A stretch of 64,000 nt of DNA, from assembly GCF_009914755.1 (NCBI RefSeq), contig NC_060937.1. One strand, written 5' to 3'. The notes beneath the pieces are model-generated. The model did not search any database. It was given only the letters and a program-made list of their open reading frames with translations, and was not told the DNA's origin. The DNA is from the human T2T-CHM13v2.0 reference genome, Homo sapiens. The first letter of the stretch is position 1; each line of letters starts with the position of its first letter. The position numbers and the translations under genes are program-made. Below, piece by piece: positions 57,772-64,000 of the stretch.

Positions 57772-58479
57772 CTACAGAAAATTGTGATTTAATCATAGAC
57801 GTATGAAATTTAGAGTCAGAAGGAAAGAAGCTGAATGAAGTAAGACATCAGTTAGACTGTAAACAGATCATAAAACATATGCAAATCTGAGATTTCTCTA
57901 CACTTTAAAGCTTAAAATACCTAAGGTGATCCAATCATCTTGTGTCATGAATGAATCCATGCACTGGAATATACCTACATCTCTCCTAGACTCTACCCCT
58001 GGGAACAAGGATGAAGAAGGAGGCATAGAAACCTACCATTCAATAGTCCCCACAATGGACAGCCTCACTACCTCTATCTGCCTCTATTGCTCACATTATG
58101 CCTGCAATTACTGTTCATATTGGTCACCACAATGCTCTCTGGATTCTGAGGTGAATTTTCATCTCCCCATTGGAAACAATGATCCATGAATATTTTCCCA
58201 TTTCTGCATGCTCAGAGCTCTCTAAGTAAAGATTGCTGGCATCTGGGTTAATGGATGTTTGACTGGCAAACTAGCCTAGTAAGTTAGAGACCTTTGGAGA
58301 GAATCAGACAAATCTTCCCCAGAGATATTTGTTTATATTCCAGGGGTGGAGTCCTTCCCTTCCTTTCCCTATAGAAGATCTGCTTATATTCAAGAGCAAA
58401 GGCATGTTCCTCTCTCTCCAAGAGTATGAAGGGTACTTGTGCTGGTTGTCCTACATAAGCTCCAAGATTCACAATTTTA

Positions 58480-59275
58480 AGGTTCTTCTCTCAACATCCC
58501 TATTAAACATCACACTGAAAGTCCTAGCAAATGCAATAAGACAAGAAAAGGAAAATGTATATAGATTGGGAAGGGAAAAAAACCTGTCACTGTTTGTGAT
58601 AACAGGATTGTTTATGCAGAAAATCCCAAGAATCAAGGGAAAAAACTTCTGGAACTGATAAGCAATTTTAGCAATGTTACAAGATAAAAAGTTAATATAC
58701 AAAAGTCAACTGCTTTTCTATATACCAGCAATGAACAAACATAATTTGAAATTTAAGAAAACACACCATTTACATTAGCACCGAAAAAGAGAAATACTTA
58801 AACATAAATCTAATAAAATATGTTCCTCAACAAAATGAAAACTACAAAATTCTGAGGAAAGAAATCAAAGAACACTGAAATACATGAAGAGATATTCTAT
58901 GTTCACACATAGGAAGACTCCATAGTCAAGATAACAGTTCTTCCCAGATTTATCTATAGACTTAACACAATCCCAATCAAAGGCTTAGCAAGTTATTTTG
59001 TGGAGATTGGCCAACTGATTCTAAAGTTTAGGGAAAAAGGAAAAGATCCAGAATATCCAACACAATATTGAAGAATAAAGTCAGAGGGCTGACACTACCA
59101 CACTTGAAGTCTTACTATAAAGTTACAGTAATCAAAACAGTGTGGTATTGGAAAAATAAGAGACAAATACATCAATGGAACACAATAAAGAGCCCAGAAA
59201 TAGAAAATTACCCATACTTTCTGCTCATTTTTTTTGTAAACCTAAGACTGCTCTAAAAAAATAAAGTCCGTTAAT
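58480..59275 (+). mobile_element. Old L1M fragment
   Basis: NITLKVLANAIRQEKE and [22 protein letters not shown] are L1 ORF2 remnants. Confidence 0.85.
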
Positions 59276-60621
59276 CAAAGAAAGAAAAACCTTAACTGTC
59301 CCTTCTGACACCCTTAGTTCCTTGGAATCCCTTCCTTAAATAACCTGGCCTACCATATTATCTAAGCTACTAACTCAAATGGTTATATACTAGACCAAGT
59401 CTTCTATACTTTCAATTTCATGGTGCCACTCTCTGACCACCTCTTGATTTTTGGCTCACTCCACTGAGTACTCAGATATCAATATCCTTTGACCCCTTGG
59501 AACCTCCAATCAACTGATTTTACCACTATTTCACTGTCCCTCATTCCTTGATGTATTCACCCCTATATAGTTATTCTTCTGAATATACTCTCAACTGTCT
59601 TATTCTTCTCTCACTTAGTTGTACTTTCTTGACAAAGTCATAGTCCTGATTAAATCTCAATCTCTGTAACTGTTCTCATGGAACTCAACATGGCTGAGTT
59701 CCATGAGTACAGGACACACACACACACTACCCCCCATGCCGACTGTTTTTTCATTTTAACCTCCTGAATATAAATCTTAGGGGAACTTTAATTCTGTCAA
59801 TTATATATATGGGTCTACTCTGTTGTCACTTAGCTGATCTTTAGCTGATTATTTCACACACTGTCCTCATATCCTTCCCTAACCTCCATGTACCTAATAA
59901 TCTACTTTCTGTCTCTACGAATTTGTTTAGTCTGGACATATCACATAAGTAAAATTATACATTATCAGGTTTTTGTGTCTGGCTTCTGTCAGCACAATGT
60001 TGTCAAGGTCCATCTATGCTGTGACATATTTCAGTACTTCAATCCTTTTTACAGCCAAATAATATTCCACTATATGAATTTACAACATTTGGCTTATTCA
60101 TTTGTCAACTGATGGGCATTTGGGTTGTTTCCATTTTCCAGCTGTTATAAACAATGCTTCTATAAACATTTGTACAAATTTTTGTTTGGACACATGTTTT
60201 CAACTCTCTTGGGTATATATCTAGGAGTGGAACTGCTGGGTCATATGTTAACTCTGTTAAACATTTTCATGACCTGTCAAACTGTTTTTGAACTTGGTAC
60301 ACTATTCTACATTCCAAATAGGAGCGTATCATGGTTCCATTTTCTCCATATCCTTGTCCACTCTTGTTATTGTCAATCTTTTTTATTGTAGCTATCATAG
60401 CGAGTATGAAGTGGTATCTCATTGTGGTTTTGATTTGCTATTCCTAATGACAATGGCATTGAGCATCTTTTCATGTGTTTATTGGACATTTGTGTATCAC
60501 AGAAGATATATCAATGGCTAGTAAACACATACAATGTCTATTTACATAGACATATTTCGTATTTAAATGTCTATTTAAATAAACATATTAAAATCTCCAA
60601 ATAAACACATTTAAATCTCTG

Positions 60622-61815
60622 CTTAAAGACTTAAATGTACAATGTAAAACCATAAAAACCCTAGAAGAAAACCTAGGCAATACCATTCAGGACACAGGCA
60701 TGGGCAAAGACTTCATGACTAAAATACCAAAAGCAACAGAAACAAAAGCCAAAATTGACAAATGGGATCTATTTAAACTAAAGAGCTTCTGCACAACAAA
60801 ATAAACTATCATCAGAGTGAACAGGCAACCTACAGAATGGGAGAAAATTTTTGCAATCTATCCATCTGACAAAGGGCTAATATCCAGAATCTACAAGGAA
60901 CTTAAACAAATTTACAAGAAAAAAAACAACCCCATCAAAAAGTGGGCGAAGAATATGAACAGACGCTTCTCAAAAGAAGACACTTATGCGACCAACAAAC
61001 ATACGAAATAAAGTTCATCATCACTGATTATTAGAGAAATGCAAATCAAAACCACAATGAGTGGTTTTGATACCATCTCATGCCAGTTAGAATGGTGATC
61101 ATGAAAACATCTGGAAATAACAGATGCTGGCAAGGATGTGGAGTAATAGGAACACTTTTACACTGCTGGTGGGAGTGTACATTAGTTCAGCTGTTGTGAA
61201 AGACAGTGTGGCAATTCCTCAAGGATCTACGACCAGAAACACCATTTGACCCAGCAATCCCACTACTGGGTATATACCCAAAGGATGATAAATCATTCTA
61301 CTATAAAGACACACGCACATGTATGTTTACCGCAGCACTATTTACAATAGCAAAGACTTGGAACCAACCCAAATGCCCATCAGTGACAGACTGGATAAAG
61401 AAAATGTGGCAGACATATACCATGGAATACTATGCAGCTATAAAAAAGAATGAGTTCATGTCCTTTGCAGGATATGGATGAAGCTGGAAACCATCATCCT
61501 CAACAAATTAACACAGGTACAGAAAACCAAATACCACATGTTCTCACTCATAAGTGGGAGTTGAACAATGAGAACACATGGACACAGGGAGGGGAACATC
61601 ACCCACTGGGGCCTATTGGAGGGCTGGGGGAAGGGGAGGGAGAGCATTAGGACAAATACCTAATGCATGTGGGGCTTAAAACCTAGATGACAGGTTGATA
61701 GGTGCAGCAAACCACCATGGCACATGTATACCTACGTAACAAACCTGCACGTTCACCACGTGTATCCCAGGACTTAGAGTAAAATAAAAAACACGGAAAA
61801 TAAAAATAAAAATAA
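60622..61815 (+). mobile_element. 5'-truncated L1PA
   Basis: ORFs 60817..61011 and 61206..61481 are the ORF2 tail; standard 3' UTR and A-rich tail. Confidence 0.96.
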
Positions 61816-61894
61816 ACATGCTTAAATGTCTATTTACATCCCTTGACCACTTTGTAAATTGGTTATTTTCCTTTGCTATTGAGTTATGGGAGTT

Positions 61895-62134
61895 CTTGAG
61901 AGCTTGTTTGGAGGTTCTGGCAGGGAAGCGCAGCTACTAGTGTACCCTTGACTGAAGATTGGTCCTCCTCTATTGGGGATGGTCATCTTCTTCAACCCAG
62001 CATGCAGTTTCGGGAGGAACACACATGGAGCAGTGAGGGAGGAAGAGGTCAGTTGCGTAGCCAGCCAGATCAGCTGAATCAACCCTGGTGATCAATGGGG
62101 TGACAGATGTAGCAGCCAGATTGCCCTCACATCC
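61895..62134 (-). pseudogene. 7SK snRNA retropseudogene (nt 1 to ~240, 3'-truncated)
   Basis: Minus strand begins GGATGTGAGGGCAATCTGGCTGCTACATCTGTCACCCCATTGATC and ends CCTCCAAACAAGCTCTCAAG; 13-bp TSD ta(tg/ca)ggagttctt. Confidence 0.97.
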
Positions 62135-63057
62135 TACAGGAGTTCTTTATATGTTCTGGATTTTAGTATCTTGTCAGACACATGATTTGCAAATATTTTG
62201 TCCCATTCTAAAAGTTGTCTTTTCCCTTTCTTGTGTCCTTTAAAGCATACAAGTCTTTAAATTTTGATGCTAATTTATCTTTTTCTTTTATTGCTTGTGC
62301 TTTTGGTTTTATAACTTAAAAACATTGCCTAATCCAAAGTCACAAAGATTTACACCTATGTTCATTTCTAAGAGTTTTACGGTTTTAGTTCTTACATTTA
62401 AATCTTTGATCCATTTTGAGTTAATTTTTATATATGATGTGAGGTAGGGGTCCAACTTCATTCTTTACAAGTGAATTTCCTGTTGTCTAGCATAGTTGTT
62501 AAAAAGACTATTCTTTCCCCATTAAGTTGTCTTGGAATGCTTGACAAAAATCAAATGAGAGTAGAGGCATAGGCTTATTTCTGAACTCTCAATTCTATTC
62601 TAGTGACCAATATGTGTAACCTTATGCCAGTACCACTACTGGGCATAAAGAATTTTACATATGTATATTTCTGTGAAACCATCACATAATTAACATAATT
62701 GAATATAGCTATCACCCTTAAGACTCCCTGTGTCCTTTTGCAATTGTTCCCTCCTATCCTTCCTCTATGCACCCAATCCAGTCCCCAGGTAAGCATGAAC
62801 TGCTTTTTTCACCTTGGATTAGTTTGCATTTTCTACAATTTTATATAAATAGGATTATATAATACAAATACTTTAGGTCTGACTTTTCATATAAATTATA
62901 TATAAATCTATATACTTTTGGTATGGATCAGCATTGTTATTTTTAGAGTCATCCATGTTGTCTGTGTATAAATAATTCATTCCTTTTTACTATTGAGTAG
63001 TATTACATTCTATGAATATACCATATCTTTTTATCTATTCTCCTCTTGACAGATATT

Positions 63058-63597
63058 TGCAGTAGGCAGTTTCTGATATGGCTTCCAATAATTCCTGACT
63101 TCTGGTATCCATTCTCTCGTGCAATTCCTTCTCCTGGTCTGGCTGGATCTAGTGACTACCTTCTAACAAACAGAATATGGCAAAACTAATGGGATGTCAA
63201 TTCTGAGACTAGACTATAACAGACTGTGACTTTCATTTTGTTGGCATCCTCTCTTTCTCTGATTCTTCTCTCTCATGTTTGCCCTTATGGATAAGGCCAT
63301 CTGCCAGAAACTGATGACTGCCTATAGCCACATCCAGCAAGGAAATTAGACTTTCCGTATAATAGCTCTTGAAGAATAAACCCTGTCCACAACCATGTGA
63401 GTGACTTTGCCTAGCAGTCAAGTCTTTTGATTAGACGGCAGTCCCCGGGCTGACACAATGATTGCAGTCTTGAGAGATACAATGAAGCAGAACACTGAGC
63501 TAGGTCAGACTACAGGAACTGATCCACACAAACTGTTTGTTGTTTTAAGCTGCTATGTTTTGGATAAGCTGTTATGCAGCAACAGGTAACAAATACA
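63058..63597 (+). mobile_element. MLT1-type MaLR LTR (MLT1F-like) inside an old antisense L1
   Basis: TG...CA; ctggatctagtgact...aacagaatatggcaaa...ttttaagctgcta...taacaaataca. Confidence 0.8.
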
Positions 63598-64000
63598 GGG
63601 GGGTTGTTTCTAGATTTTGGCTTTTATGAATAATGCTACTATGAGTATTTATGTACAAGCATTTGTGTGGCCAGGTACTTTTATTTCTCTTGGGTAAACA
63701 CCCTGAAGTATAATGACTAATCATATGGCAGGTTTAAGTTAAACTGTAAAAGAAATCGCCAAACTGATTTTCAAAAGGGCTTAGCCATTTTACACTCATT
63801 TTCACAAGCAATGTATGCGAATTCTAGCAGGTATATATCCTTTCAACACTTGGTATGGTCAGTCTTTTTAATGTTAACCATTCTAATTGGTGTGTATTCA
63901 CCATAGTTTTAATTTGCATTTCCCTAATCACTAATGATGTTTAGCATCTTTTCATGGAATTATTGACACTTGATCATCTTTGGTGATGGGTCAATCTGAT

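Larger units (their letters stand above)
59890..62645 (-). mobile_element. L1MB-like element interrupted by an L1PA and a 7SK copy
   Basis: Collinear antisense L1 at 59890-60498, ~61823-61894 and 62148-62645. Confidence 0.8.

Overview
Primate, almost certainly human, genomic DNA; the gene content matches 13q32.1 as recalled, not searched. The + strand holds the last three coding exons and ~4 kb 3' UTR of DNAJC3 (p58IPK; J-domain with HPD). The - strand holds the last three coding exons of UGGT2 (ends ILTHDEL*), converging tail-to-tail ~6.6 kb away. Most of the rest is interspersed repeat: L1s of several ages, Alus, L2/MIR, MaLR and ERV LTRs, hAT elements and a full-length Tigger2. There is also an HMGN1 processed pseudogene and a tailless 7SK retrocopy. 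Most long ORFs in the track are L1/Alu/LTR-derived. I found no convincing new multi-gene system. Best leads: (1) UGGT2's HDEL sits alone on a 23-nt coding exon behind a 31-kb intron with sense-strand polyA signals, so an HDEL-less isoform is plausible; (2) a ~180-bp fold-back between the two genes; (3) several template-switch scars. Repeat subfamily names come from recalled consensus sequences; boundaries without a TSD or TIR are approximate.
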